A DNA stretch of 64,000 nt from Alphaproteobacteria bacterium (GCA_965248835.1 CBDFLJ010000001.1:1824001-1888000); one strand, 5' to 3'; positions 10,320 through 20,638 are shown, numbered from the stretch's first letter. The notes: generated by a model from the sequence alone, not told the origin. Made by a program: numbers and translations.

Positions 10320-10730
10320 ATGGCCACCAGGGAAAAGGTCCGAAAGACCGATGCGGAATGGCAGGCGCAGCTCACGCCCGAGCAATTCGCGGTCACCCGC
10401 CAACACGCCACCGAGCGACCGTTCAGCGGCGCATACGACAAGTGCAAGGACCCCGGCACCTACAAATGCATCTGCTGCGGCGAGCCTTTGTTCGAGGCCG
10501 GGGCAAAGTTCGATTCCGGCACCGGCTGGCCGAGCTTCTACCAGCCGATCGAAAAGGCGGCGGTGGAAACCACGGTCGACCGCAGCCTGTTCATGACCCG
10601 CACCGAGGTCCATTGCGCGCGCTGCGACGCCCATCTGGGCCACGTCTTCCCCGACGGCCCGAGGCCGACCGGTCAGCGCTACTGCATCAACTCGCTCGCG
10701 CTGGATCTCGCGCGCGGGGACGACGGCTGA
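10320..10730 (+). CDS. msrB: Peptide methionine sulfoxide reductase B
   Basis: [32 protein letters not shown]. Confidence 0.97.
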   Translation: MATREKVRKTDAEWQAQLTPEQFAVTRQHATERPFSGAYDKCKDPGTYKCICCGEPLFEAGAKFDSGTGWPSFYQPIEKAAVETTVDRSLFMTRTEVHCARCDAHLGHVFPDGPRPTGQRYCINSLALDLARGDDG

Positions 10731-10740
10731 CCCCGCGCCC

Positions 10741-12045
10741 TCATGGGCGATAGTGGCGCGCCAAACCCTGCCAGCAGTCCGGGTAGTCGTTCTGGCGCGC
10801 TCCGGTCTCCAGCGCGAAGCGGCTCGGCCGGCAGACATAGCGGGTCTCGAACATGAAGGCCAAGGTGTCGGCCAGGAACCGCGGCGCGAGATCGGCGGCC
10901 ACCGCGCTGGCGTGGGACTGGGTATCCGGCCCGTGCGGGGTCAGCGCGTTGTGGAGGCTCGCCCCGCCCGGCACGAACCCCTCGGCTTTGGCGTCGTACT
11001 GGCCCAGCACCAGGCCCATGAACTCGCTCATCACGTTGCGGTGGAACCAGGGCGGGCGGAAGGTGTCCTCGGCCACCACCCAGCGCGGCGGGAAGATTAC
11101 GAAATCCACGTTCGCGGTCCCGGCCAGGTCCGAGGGTGAGGTGAGCACGGTGTAGATCGACGGGTCGGGATGGTCGAAGCTGATCGAGCCGATGACGTTG
11201 AACCGCGCGAGGTCGTACCTGTAGGGCGCGAGGTTGCCGTGCCAGGCGACCACGTCGGTCGGCGCGTGGCCGATCGGGGCGGCCCACAGCTTGCCCTGGT
11301 ACTTGGTGACCAGCTCGAAGTCGCCTTCGCGGTCCTCGAAGCGGGCCTCGGGCACCTCGAAATCCCGCGGGTTGGCGAGCCCGTTGGCGCCGATCGGGCC
11401 GCGCTCGGGCGGCCGCAGGGCCTGGCCGTAGTTCTCGCACACATAGCCGCGCGCGGTGCCGTCGGGCAGCGCGATGCGCAGGCGGATGCCGCGCGGGATG
11501 ACCGCGATCTCGCCGGGCGAAACCACCATCGCGCCGAGCTCGGTGACCACGCCGAGCCGGCCCGATTCCGGGACGATCAGCATCTCGCCGTCGGCGTTGG
11601 CGAAGAACCGTTCCTGCATCGAAACGTTGGCGCGGTAGATGTGCGCCGCCATCCCGGCCTGCATTGCCGCATCGCCCGCCGCGGCCATCGTGACCAACCC
11701 GTCGATGAAATCGGTGTCCTCCTCCGGCATCGCAAGCGGGTCCCAGCGCAACTGTTCGGGCGGGCAATCGGCTTCGGTGAGCGGCGCGGTGCGCAGCAAC
11801 CCGTTGTCGATGCGCGAGAACCGGCCCTGTCTGACCGAAGGGCGGATGCGGTAGACCCAGGTCCGCAGGGTCTCCGCGCGCGGGGCGGTGAACGCGGTGC
11901 CGCTCAACTGTTCGGCATAGAGCCCAAAGGCGACCTTCTGGGGCGAGTTGCGGCCGCGCGGAAGCGCTCCCGGCACCGCCTCGGTCGCGAACTCGTTGCC
12001 GAAGCCGGTCATGTAGCGAAGCTCGGTCGCCGCCAGCGTATCCAT
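10741..12045 (-). CDS. hmgA: Homogentisate 1,2-dioxygenase
   Basis: [49 protein letters not shown]. Confidence 0.97.
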   Translation of the reverse strand: MDTLAATELRYMTGFGNEFATEAVPGALPRGRNSPQKVAFGLYAEQLSGTAFTAPRAETLRTWVYRIRPSVRQGRFSRIDNGLLRTAPLTEADCPPEQLRWDPLAMPEEDTDFIDGLVTMAAAGDAAMQAGMAAHIYRANVSMQERFFANADGEMLIVPESGRLGVVTELGAMVVSPGEIAVIPRGIRLRIALPDGTARGYVCENYGQALRPPERGPIGANGLANPRDFEVPEARFEDREGDFELVTKYQGKLWAAPIGHAPTDVVAWHGNLAPYRYDLARFNVIGSISFDHPDPSIYTVLTSPSDLAGTANVDFVIFPPRWVVAEDTFRPPWFHRNVMSEFMGLVLGQYDAKAEGFVPGGASLHNALTPHGPDTQSHASAVAADLAPRFLADTLAFMFETRYVCRPSRFALETGARQNDYPDCWQGLARHYRP

Positions 12046-12192
12046 GTCTTGCCTCCCGATCGGACGGGTCGTGCTGGGCCGGATTATGCGGCCGGTGCGC
12101 CGGCGATCTCAAGCGCATCGGTTGGCGGCGCTGTTGCCAAACCCGCGGCGCTGGGTTGAAATCGACGCGATCGGACCTCAAGCCCCCGGAGC

Positions 12193-13215
12193 ATGGCCAT
12201 GTATCTGCGCAATCAATGGTATGTCGCCGCGCGCGCCAGCGAGGTCGGCAGGACGCCGATGCAGCGCTGGTTGCTCGACGAGCCCTGTGTGCTCTACCGC
12301 ACCGAGGCGGGCGCGCCGGTCGTGCTCGACGACCGCTGCCCGCACCGGCGCTATGCGCTATCCAAGGGGCGGCTGGTGGGCGATGTGCTGCAGTGCGGCT
12401 ATCACGGGCTTTCCTTCGCGCCCGACGGCGCGTGCGTGGGCATTCCCGGCCAGGAAAGGATCCCGCCGCAGATCCGCGCGCGGACGCTGCCGGCGGTCGA
12501 GCGCCACCGCTGGATCTGGGTCTGGCCGGGAGATCCGGACCAGGCCGACCCGCGCGAGATCCCCGATTTCCACTGGATGGACAAGCCGGGCTGGACCTGT
12601 TCGGACGATTACCGCCAGATCGGCTGCCATTACCGTCTTCTGGTCGACAACCTGCTCGATCTCACCCACGAAACCTTCGTGCACACCGCGACCATCGGTC
12701 ATGCCGAACTGGCCAAAGCGCCGATCGAGGCCAGGCGCGATGACGACCTGATCCGCATCGACCGGATCGTCCAGGACTGCACCCCACCGCCCTTGTTCAC
12801 CAAGGCCGTGGGGTTCGATGGCAACATCGACCGCTACCAGCTCATCCGCCACCAGGCGCCGTCTTTCATCTGGATCGATGCGCGGGCGATTGCGACCGGC
12901 TCGAACGATCTCGATAGCGGCCTGCGCTGGGAGGTGCTGAACGCGATCACCCCGGCGACTCCGGATGCGACCCACTACTTCTGGGGCCTGTCGCGCCACT
13001 TCCACCAGGACGACGAGGACCTGACCCGCGTGCTCCATGAAGCGGTCGAGCGGACCTTCGACGAGGACACCGAGGTGCTGGAGACCCAGCACCGGATGAT
13101 GAAATCCGACCCGCCGGACCATCCGATGGTCCATGTCGATGCCGACCGCGGCGTCGTGCTCGCCCGCCGTCTGCTGGACGAGCGGCTCGCGGCAGAGCAG
13201 GCTGGAGGGGCGTGA
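12193..13215 (+). CDS. Rieske non-heme iron oxygenase alpha subunit (VanA/TsaM-like)
   Basis: Rieske motif CPHR...CGYHG; mononuclear Fe motif DNLLDLTHETFVH...ED. Confidence 0.92.
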   Translation: MAMYLRNQWYVAARASEVGRTPMQRWLLDEPCVLYRTEAGAPVVLDDRCPHRRYALSKGRLVGDVLQCGYHGLSFAPDGACVGIPGQERIPPQIRARTLPAVERHRWIWVWPGDPDQADPREIPDFHWMDKPGWTCSDDYRQIGCHYRLLVDNLLDLTHETFVHTATIGHAELAKAPIEARRDDDLIRIDRIVQDCTPPPLFTKAVGFDGNIDRYQLIRHQAPSFIWIDARAIATGSNDLDSGLRWEVLNAITPATPDATHYFWGLSRHFHQDDEDLTRVLHEAVERTFDEDTEVLETQHRMMKSDPPDHPMVHVDADRGVVLARRLLDERLAAEQAGGA

Positions 13216-13688
13216 GCCGGTTCGTCCTGCGGATCAACGGCGCCCGTCGCGAGGTCGATGCCGACCCGGCGAGCCCGCTGATCTACGTGCTGCGCAACCA
13301 GCTCGGTCTCATGGGCGCCAAGCTCGGCTGCGGGCTCGAGCAATGCGGCGCCTGTGTGGTGCTGGTCGACGGCGCGCCGGTGCTGAGCTGCGTGCGCGCG
13401 GTCTCCGAGTTCGTCGGATCGGAGATCCGCACCGTCGAAGGCCTCGCCGCCGATGCCCGCGGACGCGCCGTGCAACGGGCCTTCATCGAAGAGAACGCCG
13501 CGCAATGCGGCTATTGCACGCCGGGACTCGTGATCGCGGTCACGGCGCTCCTGAGCCGCAACCCGGCGCCCGGGAACGCCGAGATCCGCGTGGCGTTGAA
13601 CGATCATCTCTGCCGTTGCGGCTCCCATCCGCGGGTGCTTGCGGCGATCGACCGGCTGGTCCGGGAGGGGGCGGGCGATAGCGTCTAA
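13212..13688 (+). CDS. Molybdenum hydroxylase small (2Fe-2S) subunit
   Basis: GCGLEQCGAC...C and QCGYC...CRC. GTGA overlap with the Rieske gene. Confidence 0.93.
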   Translation: MSRFVLRINGARREVDADPASPLIYVLRNQLGLMGAKLGCGLEQCGACVVLVDGAPVLSCVRAVSEFVGSEIRTVEGLAADARGRAVQRAFIEENAAQCGYCTPGLVIAVTALLSRNPAPGNAEIRVALNDHLCRCGSHPRVLAAIDRLVREGAGDSV

Positions 13689-15831
13689 CCCAAGCCTCGC
13701 CCGGCATCCCGACCTCGACGACTGGCTGTCGATCGGCGCCGACGGGCGCGTGAGGCTGCGCAGCGGCAAGGTCGATATCGGCCAGCGGATTTCCACCGCG
13801 CTCGCCTTGCTGGTCGCGGACGAGCTCGACGTTGCGCCTGCGCGCATCGATGTCGCGCGCGCCGAGACCGGCCTCTCGCCCGATGAAGGCATCACCTCGG
13901 GCAGCCAGTCGATGGTGGACTCCGGCACCGCGGTGCGTCTGGCCGCGGCGACCGCACGCCGTCACCTGCTCGCCTGTGCCGCGTTTGTGCTCGACGTGGA
14001 CCCCGCGACGCTGGAGGTCGCCGACGGCCAAGTCCGCTCGCGCGCAACCAACCGCACTACGACCTACTGGGAGCTGGCCGGCGGCAAGCCGTTCGGCATC
14101 CCGGTCGATGTCGGAGCCGCGGTGAAGGCGCCTGCCGACCTGCGTCATGTCGGGCGGCCCGTCATCGCCCGGTCCATGGAAGAGATCGTCACCGGCAAGC
14201 CCTATTTCGTTCAGGACATGACGCTGCCCGGCATGATCCATGCGCGCGTCGTCCGCCCGCCGCACTACCATGCGCGGCTGCGCGGACTCGACGAGGCGGT
14301 CCTCGGCCGGCTCGTCGAGGACGGTATCCGCATCGTGCGTGACGGCAGCTTCCTGGCGGTCGCGGCAAGCGAGGAATTCGCCGCCGTCCGGGCCGTCGAG
14401 CGCATCGCCCCGGCCGTCGACTGGGACCTCGGTGACGGGCTCAATGCCCAGGACGTCTTCGAGCGTCTGACCCGCAATGCGCGCGTCAGCCTGCCGGTCC
14501 GCGGCGGCGTGCCGCAGGACGCGCTCGTGCCCGACCCCGAGCCGACCCCGACCGAGGCGGTTGCCACGCTCGCTGCGCGGTTCGAGCGCCCCTATCAGAT
14601 GCACGGATCGATCGGCCCGTCGGCGGCGCTTGCGCTGTTCACGGACGACCGCCTGTCGGTCTGGACCCACAGCCAGGGGATCTATGTGCTGCGGGCGAGC
14701 ATGGCCGAAGCGCTGGGGATGGAACCCGAGGCGTTGCGCATCACTCATGTGCCCGGCGCCGGCTGTTACGGGCACAACGGCGCAGACGACGCGGCAGTCG
14801 ATGCCGCGCTGATCGCCCGCGCGCTGCCCGGGACACCGGTGCTGCTCAAGTGGTCGCGCGCCGACGAGCATGGCTGGGAGCCCTACGGCTCGTGCATGGT
14901 CATGGCGCTGAGCGCGAGCGTTGACGCTGAAGGGCGGGTCATCGCGTGGTCCCACGAAACCTTCAGCGACACCTACAGCATGCGGCCCCGGCCCGGTCCC
15001 GACGGGATCGGTCCCGCACGGCTGCTGGCAATGCGGCATGTTGCCGAAGCCTTCCCGGCACCGCTCCCGCAGCCGGCGATGGCCCGCCACATGGGTATCC
15101 ACCGCAACCTTGAGCCGCTCTACACGTTTCCCCGGCCACGGCTGGTCAAGCACCTGGTCCGCGGCCTGCCGCTGCGCACCTCGGCGCTGCGCGGGCTCGG
15201 CGCCTATGCCAACGTCTTCGCGATCGAGTCCTTCATGGACGAGCTCGCGCTGGCCGCCGGGAAGGACCGGGTGAGCTTCCGGATGGATCATCTCGACAAC
15301 GAGCGGGCACGGGCGGTGCTCGCGGCGGTGGGCGAGCGGCTGCGTCCGATGACGGCAGGCATCGGCGCCGGCCCCGGCAGCGGTCTTGCCTTCGCCCAAT
15401 ACAAGAACATCGCAGCCTATGCCGCGGTCGGCATCGAGCTCGAGGTCACCGAGGCGGCGGAGATCAGGTTGCAGCGCGCCGTGATCGCCGCCGACGCCGG
15501 CCATGTCGTCGACCCGAACGGCCTGACCGCGCAACTCGAAGGCGGGCTGATCCAGGCCGCGAGCTGGACGCTGCACGAGGCGGTGAGGTTCGACCGGACC
15601 GGGATCACCAGCCGGGATTGGGAGACCTATCCGATCCTGCGCTTCGACAACGTACCGGAGATCGAGACGGTGCTGGTCGACCGGCCCGGGGCGCCTTTCC
15701 TCGGCGCCGGCGAGGCGACCGCCGGTCCCACGGCGGCGGCGATCGCCAACGCCGTCAGGGACGCAACGGGTCTGTCGCTGCGCCGCTTGCCGTTTACCCC
15801 CGATGCGCTCCGCCGCGCCGCGATGGCTTGA
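13678..15831 (+). CDS. Molybdenum hydroxylase large (molybdopterin) subunit, IorB/nicotinate dehydrogenase-like
   Basis: SGKVDIGQ, GSQSM, HGSIGPS, GAGCYGHNGADD, FAIESFMDELA, GAGEA. Start uncertain (ATA 13678 behind GGAGG, or TTG 13639). Confidence 0.9.
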   Translation: MASNPSLARHPDLDDWLSIGADGRVRLRSGKVDIGQRISTALALLVADELDVAPARIDVARAETGLSPDEGITSGSQSMVDSGTAVRLAAATARRHLLACAAFVLDVDPATLEVADGQVRSRATNRTTTYWELAGGKPFGIPVDVGAAVKAPADLRHVGRPVIARSMEEIVTGKPYFVQDMTLPGMIHARVVRPPHYHARLRGLDEAVLGRLVEDGIRIVRDGSFLAVAASEEFAAVRAVERIAPAVDWDLGDGLNAQDVFERLTRNARVSLPVRGGVPQDALVPDPEPTPTEAVATLAARFERPYQMHGSIGPSAALALFTDDRLSVWTHSQGIYVLRASMAEALGMEPEALRITHVPGAGCYGHNGADDAAVDAALIARALPGTPVLLKWSRADEHGWEPYGSCMVMALSASVDAEGRVIAWSHETFSDTYSMRPRPGPDGIGPARLLAMRHVAEAFPAPLPQPAMARHMGIHRNLEPLYTFPRPRLVKHLVRGLPLRTSALRGLGAYANVFAIESFMDELALAAGKDRVSFRMDHLDNERARAVLAAVGERLRPMTAGIGAGPGSGLAFAQYKNIAAYAAVGIELEVTEAAEIRLQRAVIAADAGHVVDPNGLTAQLEGGLIQAASWTLHEAVRFDRTGITSRDWETYPILRFDNVPEIETVLVDRPGAPFLGAGEATAGPTAAAIANAVRDATGLSLRRLPFTPDALRRAAMA

Positions 15832-15889
15832 GGGCTCGCCCGGCCGCGTTGGACACAGGTCCCGGGCCGCCATAGACTCGACCGGGCAG

Positions 15890-15925
15890 GAACGAGAGCC
15901 CGGCCATGAACGAGAGCCCGGCCAT
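15890..15925 (+). repeat. 18-bp perfect tandem duplication (GAACGAGAGCCCGGCCAT x2) spanning a start codon
   Basis: Read directly; gives in-frame ATGs at 15906 and 15924. Confidence 0.95.
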
Positions 15926-17372
15926 GAACATCCTCATCCGCAACGCTTGCGTCGTGACGATGGATCCGGGCCGCGCGGTGTTCGAGGGCGGTTTCGTCGC
16001 GATCGCCGAGGACGGCGCGATCGCAGCGGTGGGCCCCGGCGATGCCGTGCCGGACGGCGGCTACGACCGCATCGTTGATGCGACGGGCATGATCGCGACG
16101 CCCGGCCTGATCAACCTTCACCAGCACCACTGGTACAACCTGTTCAAGGGGCTGGCCGGCGGCATGCTGCTTGAGGACTGGGTCGAAAGGCTGCTTCTGC
16201 CTTGCGCCGGCCGGCTGGGTGCGGCGGATCTGCGCGCCTCGGCCGCTCTGGCCGCACTCGAGATGATCCGGACCGGGACGACCACCTGCCTCAACCACTC
16301 GGTGACGACCACCATGGAAGAGGAGGCGGCGGCGACGATCGAACCCATGGCGGAAATCGGCTTCCGCCATGTGTTCGCCAAGGATTTCCGCTGCCGGACC
16401 CCGGCCAATCCGGACCATCCGCACGATGCCGCGGCCGCCGCGGCCTATATCGGCGAACTGGTCGGGCGATGGGACGGCGCCCGCGGCGGGCTGGTGCGGT
16501 TGGCCCTTGCGATCGAATCGAACGCCCACTGGATCGCCGCCGGTATGAGCTCGGAGGCGCTGATTGCCGCCGGCCATGGCTTGGCGTGCGAGCGCGATCT
16601 GCGCATCACCAACCATGCGGCCGGCGGAACCTTGTCGGTCGAGAAGGGCTACCTCAAATACGTGCGTGCGACCGGCCGGACCGATATCGGCCATCTCATG
16701 CAGCTCGGCGTCCTCGATCCGAGGTGGCTGCTGATCCATGTCATCAACCTGACCGATTCCGACATCGAGATGATGCGGCGGTCCGGTTGCCAGGCGGTCT
16801 ACACGCCGACCAGCGAGTCGATGCGCGGCGGCGGTATCGGGCCGTGGCGCGCGCTCGACCGCGCCGGCATCACCGTAGCGCTCGGCACCGACGGGCCGAT
16901 GGTCGACTACTCGGTCGACATGGTCGAGCAGATGAAGGCGTGTCTGACCTTCCAGAACGTCAAACATCTCGACGCGGCGGCCTTCTCGCCCGAGCGGGTG
17001 CTCGAGATGGCGACCATCGATGCCGCCCGTGCGCTCGGGATGGACGGCGAGATCGGCTCGCTCGAGCCCGGCAAGCGCGCCGACCTCGTCCTGTTCGACA
17101 TGCGCGCGCCGCACCTGCACGTCATGCACAACCCGATCGCCAACCTGGTCTGCTGCGCACGCGGCGGGGATGCCCACACGGTCGTGATCGACGGGCGCAT
17201 CGTCCTGGACGGGGGCACGTTCCCCGATGTCGCCGATGTCGCGCAGATCGTTGCCGAAGCGACCGAACGGGGCCGGGCAATCGCACACGGGGCCGGCGTG
17301 CTCGACGCCGCGCGTCCGCGCTGGCCACCGCCACGGGCCGCAGCGAGCCGATGCGATCCGAGCTTGCCCTGA
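15924..17372 (+). CDS. Amidohydrolase (AtzA/SsnA/deaminase-like)
   Basis: PGLINLHQH, GTTT, LGTDG, ATIDAARALG, GSLEPGKRAD. Confidence 0.9.
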   Translation: MNILIRNACVVTMDPGRAVFEGGFVAIAEDGAIAAVGPGDAVPDGGYDRIVDATGMIATPGLINLHQHHWYNLFKGLAGGMLLEDWVERLLLPCAGRLGAADLRASAALAALEMIRTGTTTCLNHSVTTTMEEEAAATIEPMAEIGFRHVFAKDFRCRTPANPDHPHDAAAAAAYIGELVGRWDGARGGLVRLALAIESNAHWIAAGMSSEALIAAGHGLACERDLRITNHAAGGTLSVEKGYLKYVRATGRTDIGHLMQLGVLDPRWLLIHVINLTDSDIEMMRRSGCQAVYTPTSESMRGGGIGPWRALDRAGITVALGTDGPMVDYSVDMVEQMKACLTFQNVKHLDAAAFSPERVLEMATIDAARALGMDGEIGSLEPGKRADLVLFDMRAPHLHVMHNPIANLVCCARGGDAHTVVIDGRIVLDGGTFPDVADVAQIVAEATERGRAIAHGAGVLDAARPRWPPPRAAASRCDPSLP

Positions 17373-18323
17373 TCAGGACCCGGCGAGGTGCGGGAACAGG
17401 GCCAGCGCGTTGCCGCGCTCGATGCCGGCGAGATCGGCGGCGGGCAGGCCGAGGTCGATGAGGCCCTTGACGGTCGCGGTCATCGTGGCCTCGGGCGCGA
17501 ACGGGTAGTCGCTGCCAAACAGGACGTGGCCGGAGCCGACCAACTCGAGCAGGCTGCCGAAGATGAACCGGTTGGCCGACAGCGCGGTGTCGAAATAGAG
17601 CCGGGCGAGCTCGGGGATCACGCCGTTGGGGACCGCGTCCTTGAAGCCCGGCCGGGCGGCCAGCCGGGCGATCCGCTCGGCCAGGAACGGGACGGTGCCG
17701 CCGGCGTGCGAGAAGATGAACCGGATGTCCGGGCAGCGCGCGAACGTGCCGCCATAGAGCAGGCTCACGATCGCCCGCGTGGTATCGAACGGGAATTCGA
17801 GCGTTGCCGCTGGAATTTCGGGCAGGCACTGGCTGCATGGCGCCTGGGTGGGGTGGAAGTAGACGACGGCACGCCGCCGGTTGAGCTCGTCGAACACCGG
17901 CGCAAAGGCGGCATCGCCGGGGTACTGGTCGCCGTAGCTGGTCAACAGGCCGATGCCGTCGGCGTCCAGCGTGTCCAATGCATGGGCGATCTCGGCCAGG
18001 CTCGCCTCGACATCGGGCAGCGGCAGGCCGGCGAAGACGCCGAACCGGCCCGGATGGCGCTTGCGGATCTCGGCCGCGTATTCGTTGGAATGCCGGCACA
18101 GCGCGATCGTCTCTTCGGTGCTGCCGAACCAGAACCCGGGTGCCGAGATCGAGGTGATCGCGGTCGCGATGCCGTTGCGGTCCATCGCCTCGATCGACAT
18201 TTCGGGCGTCCATTCCGGCGTCCTGCCCGACAGGATCAGCGGCCCGATCCGCTCGTCGCCGACGATATCGACGTAATCCGGCGGCAGGATGTGGTGGTGG
18301 ACGTCGATCCGGTGGGCCTGCAT
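17373..18323 (-). CDS. Amidohydrolase_2 family non-oxidative decarboxylase/hydratase (ACMSD/6-methylsalicylate decarboxylase-like)
   Basis: IDVHHH, YFHP, SHAGG, FGSDYPF. ATG at 18323 behind AGGA. Confidence 0.88.
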   Translation of the reverse strand: MQAHRIDVHHHILPPDYVDIVGDERIGPLILSGRTPEWTPEMSIEAMDRNGIATAITSISAPGFWFGSTEETIALCRHSNEYAAEIRKRHPGRFGVFAGLPLPDVEASLAEIAHALDTLDADGIGLLTSYGDQYPGDAAFAPVFDELNRRRAVVYFHPTQAPCSQCLPEIPAATLEFPFDTTRAIVSLLYGGTFARCPDIRFIFSHAGGTVPFLAERIARLAARPGFKDAVPNGVIPELARLYFDTALSANRFIFGSLLELVGSGHVLFGSDYPFAPEATMTATVKGLIDLGLPAADLAGIERGNALALFPHLAGS

Positions 18324-18349
18324 CGGCAATTCCTTTCCTGTGTCGGGTT

Positions 18350-19255
18350 TCAGCCCGGCCTTCGCGCCGCCTTGGCTTCGATCCGGGCGATATAGCTGGT
18401 GCTGGCGATGATGATCAGGGCGCCCAGAATGGTCCAGACATCGGGGGTCTCGCCGAAGACCAGAAGGCCGAGGACGGCGGCATAGACCAGACGGCTGTAT
18501 TCCATCGGCCCGATCACGCTCGCCTCGGCGACGGCGAAGCCGTGCACGAAGGCGATCATGCCGAGTGTCGTCAGCAGCCCGATGCCTGCGGCCATCGCCC
18601 ACTCCAGCCCCACCGGTGAGCGCCAGACCAGGATGGCCGGGACCACAAAAACCAGCACGCCGCCGATGTGATAGTAGAACAGGATCCGAGTTGCCGGCTC
18701 GGTGCTCGACAGCATCTTTATCATCACGTTGGCGACCGCAAACGACATCGCCGCGCCGATCGCGACCACGGCGATCGGATCCATCCCTTCCGGGCCCGGG
18801 CGCAGCATCACGATCACACCAACGAACCCGAAGCCTGTCGCCCACCAGCGCTGGCGGGTCACCAGCTCGCGCAGCAGCACGATGGCGACGATGGTGGTGA
18901 ACACGATCCGCGAGAAGGACAGCGCGGTCGCGCTCGCCAAGGGCAGGTTGATCACCGCTATGAGCGTGCCGACCTGGGCGATCGAGGCGATGACCAACCT
19001 CGTTGCGTGCATGCCAAGCCGCCGGGTCTTGAGCCCGGCAAGGCCGGCGCGCCAGAACAGCGGCGCCAGGATGACCACGCCCACCAGATAACGGAACAGC
19101 GCGAGCTCCAGGGCATCGAGCGTTCGGCCCAGCGTCTTGATGAACACGTCGTTGAGGGCGAACGCGATACTGCCCAGCGTGATCCAGATGATGCCGCGCA
19201 GGTTGGGCGACAGCCCGCGCCAGGGCGCGAGCAGCGGCTCCAGGCGATGGATCAA
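18350..19255 (-). CDS. DMT/EamA family transporter
   Basis: About 10 hydrophobic segments, LLRELV...W...GFVGV, PMEYSRL...GETP. Probable TTG start overlapping the upstream TGA. Confidence 0.88.
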   Translation of the reverse strand: MIHRLEPLLAPWRGLSPNLRGIIWITLGSIAFALNDVFIKTLGRTLDALELALFRYLVGVVILAPLFWRAGLAGLKTRRLGMHATRLVIASIAQVGTLIAVINLPLASATALSFSRIVFTTIVAIVLLRELVTRQRWWATGFGFVGVIVMLRPGPEGMDPIAVVAIGAAMSFAVANVMIKMLSSTEPATRILFYYHIGGVLVFVVPAILVWRSPVGLEWAMAAGIGLLTTLGMIAFVHGFAVAEASVIGPMEYSRLVYAAVLGLLVFGETPDVWTILGALIIIASTSYIARIEAKAARRPG

Positions 19256-19851
19256 TCGCTCAATGACGCCGGCACCCGCCCGGCAAGCTCGGCGTTGAAG
19301 GCGGCGTAAGCGCGAAACCCGGGCGCGGCGCGGCACATGGCCTCGGTCTCGCTGATCAGCGCCTCGTCGGACTTGGTGAAGTCGATCGGTTTCAGGAACG
19401 GCTGGGTGATGTACCACGGCGTGTCGGCGAAGAACTCCAGCGCGTTGCCCTCCGGATCGGTGGTGTACATCGCCCAGCACACGCCGTGGGTGACGGTGTC
19501 GACCGCGCGCCCGGACTCCGCGCCCAGCCGGTCGTGCATCCGGCGCAGTTCGGCGAGCGAGGCCAGTCGGAACGACAGGTGGTGCAGCACCGGGCCGACC
19601 CCCGGCATGTACCGGTTGGCGGGCAGGTCGCCGTCCGGCTTGCCGTCGACCAGAAACACCTGGTGATGCTCTTCGGGGTCCAGCGTCATGAAGGCCATCG
19701 TCGCACCCGAGCCGGTCATCCCCTTGTCGGTCAGCGCGAAGCCCAGCACGCGGGTGTAGAAATCCTGCATCATCTCTAGGTCGGAGACGACCAGTCCCAG
19801 ATGGCTGAACTTCATCCGCGGCGGCCCGTCGGTGGTCCTGGTTGTGCTCAT
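19252..19851 (-). CDS. VOC/glyoxalase family protein (extradiol dioxygenase-like metal site)
   Basis: FSHLGLVV...FYTRVLG, EHHQ, HHLSF, TVTHG, DPEGNALE. Confidence 0.85.
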   Translation of the reverse strand: MSTTRTTDGPPRMKFSHLGLVVSDLEMMQDFYTRVLGFALTDKGMTGSGATMAFMTLDPEEHHQVFLVDGKPDGDLPANRYMPGVGPVLHHLSFRLASLAELRRMHDRLGAESGRAVDTVTHGVCWAMYTTDPEGNALEFFADTPWYITQPFLKPIDFTKSDEALISETEAMCRAAPGFRAYAAFNAELAGRVPASLSD

Positions 19852-20089
19852 CCGATCCCTCCCGATCCGGTCGTTCGATTCCGGCGCGCGGTCATTATCG
19901 GTCATTATATAGTCCCGCGCGGCCCCGCGGGCCTATCCGGTAGAGTCCGTGACCGAGCCGTCCGCGGCAATCCCGCGATCCCGGCGCCGCGCACGACATG
20001 GATGCCGGCGGGTCGAGCATGGAGGCGGCGCACCGCAGCCCCTATGCTCGAGCGCATCCGATCCGCAACCAGGCCCGAAGGAGCCGCCG

Positions 20090-20638
20090 ATGTCCCGTCA
20101 CCTACCCGTCACCCCGGAGTCCATGACCGACGCGCAGAAGGCGGTCCACGATGCGATCGCGGGCGGCCCGCGCGGCCACGTCCGCGGGCCGTTCCCGGTG
20201 CTTCTGCACAGCCCAAGCATCGCCGATCACGTCCAGAAGCTCGGCGCATACATCCGCTTCGAGTCCAAGCTGCCGGACAGGCTGCGCGAGCTCGCGGTCC
20301 TGGTCACCTCGCGGTTCTGGCGGGCCGAGTTCGAATGGTTCGCCCATCACAAGCTGGCCCGCGAGGCCGGGATTTCGGCCGCGGCGATCGAGGCGATCCG
20401 CACCGGCGGCCGGCCGAGCTTCGAGGATCCGGCCGAGGAGGCGGTCTACAGCTTCTGCACCGCGCTGCACGAGGACCATCAGGTCGATGACCGGACCTAT
20501 GGCCGGGTCCAGGAGCTGCTGGGCCAGGAGGTGTTGACCGACCTGGTGGCGATGTCCGGCTACTACACGATGCTGGCGATGACGCTCAACGCCTATCAAG
20601 TGCCGCTGCCCGACGGCTCCAGGGCATTCGATGACTGA
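20090..20638 (+). CDS. Carboxymuconolactone decarboxylase (CMD) family protein
   Basis: GPRG...GPF, RELAVL, EFEWFAH...AREAG, GYY. AAGGAG RBS. Confidence 0.88.
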   Translation: MSRHLPVTPESMTDAQKAVHDAIAGGPRGHVRGPFPVLLHSPSIADHVQKLGAYIRFESKLPDRLRELAVLVTSRFWRAEFEWFAHHKLAREAGISAAAIEAIRTGGRPSFEDPAEEAVYSFCTALHEDHQVDDRTYGRVQELLGQEVLTDLVAMSGYYTMLAMTLNAYQVPLPDGSRAFDD

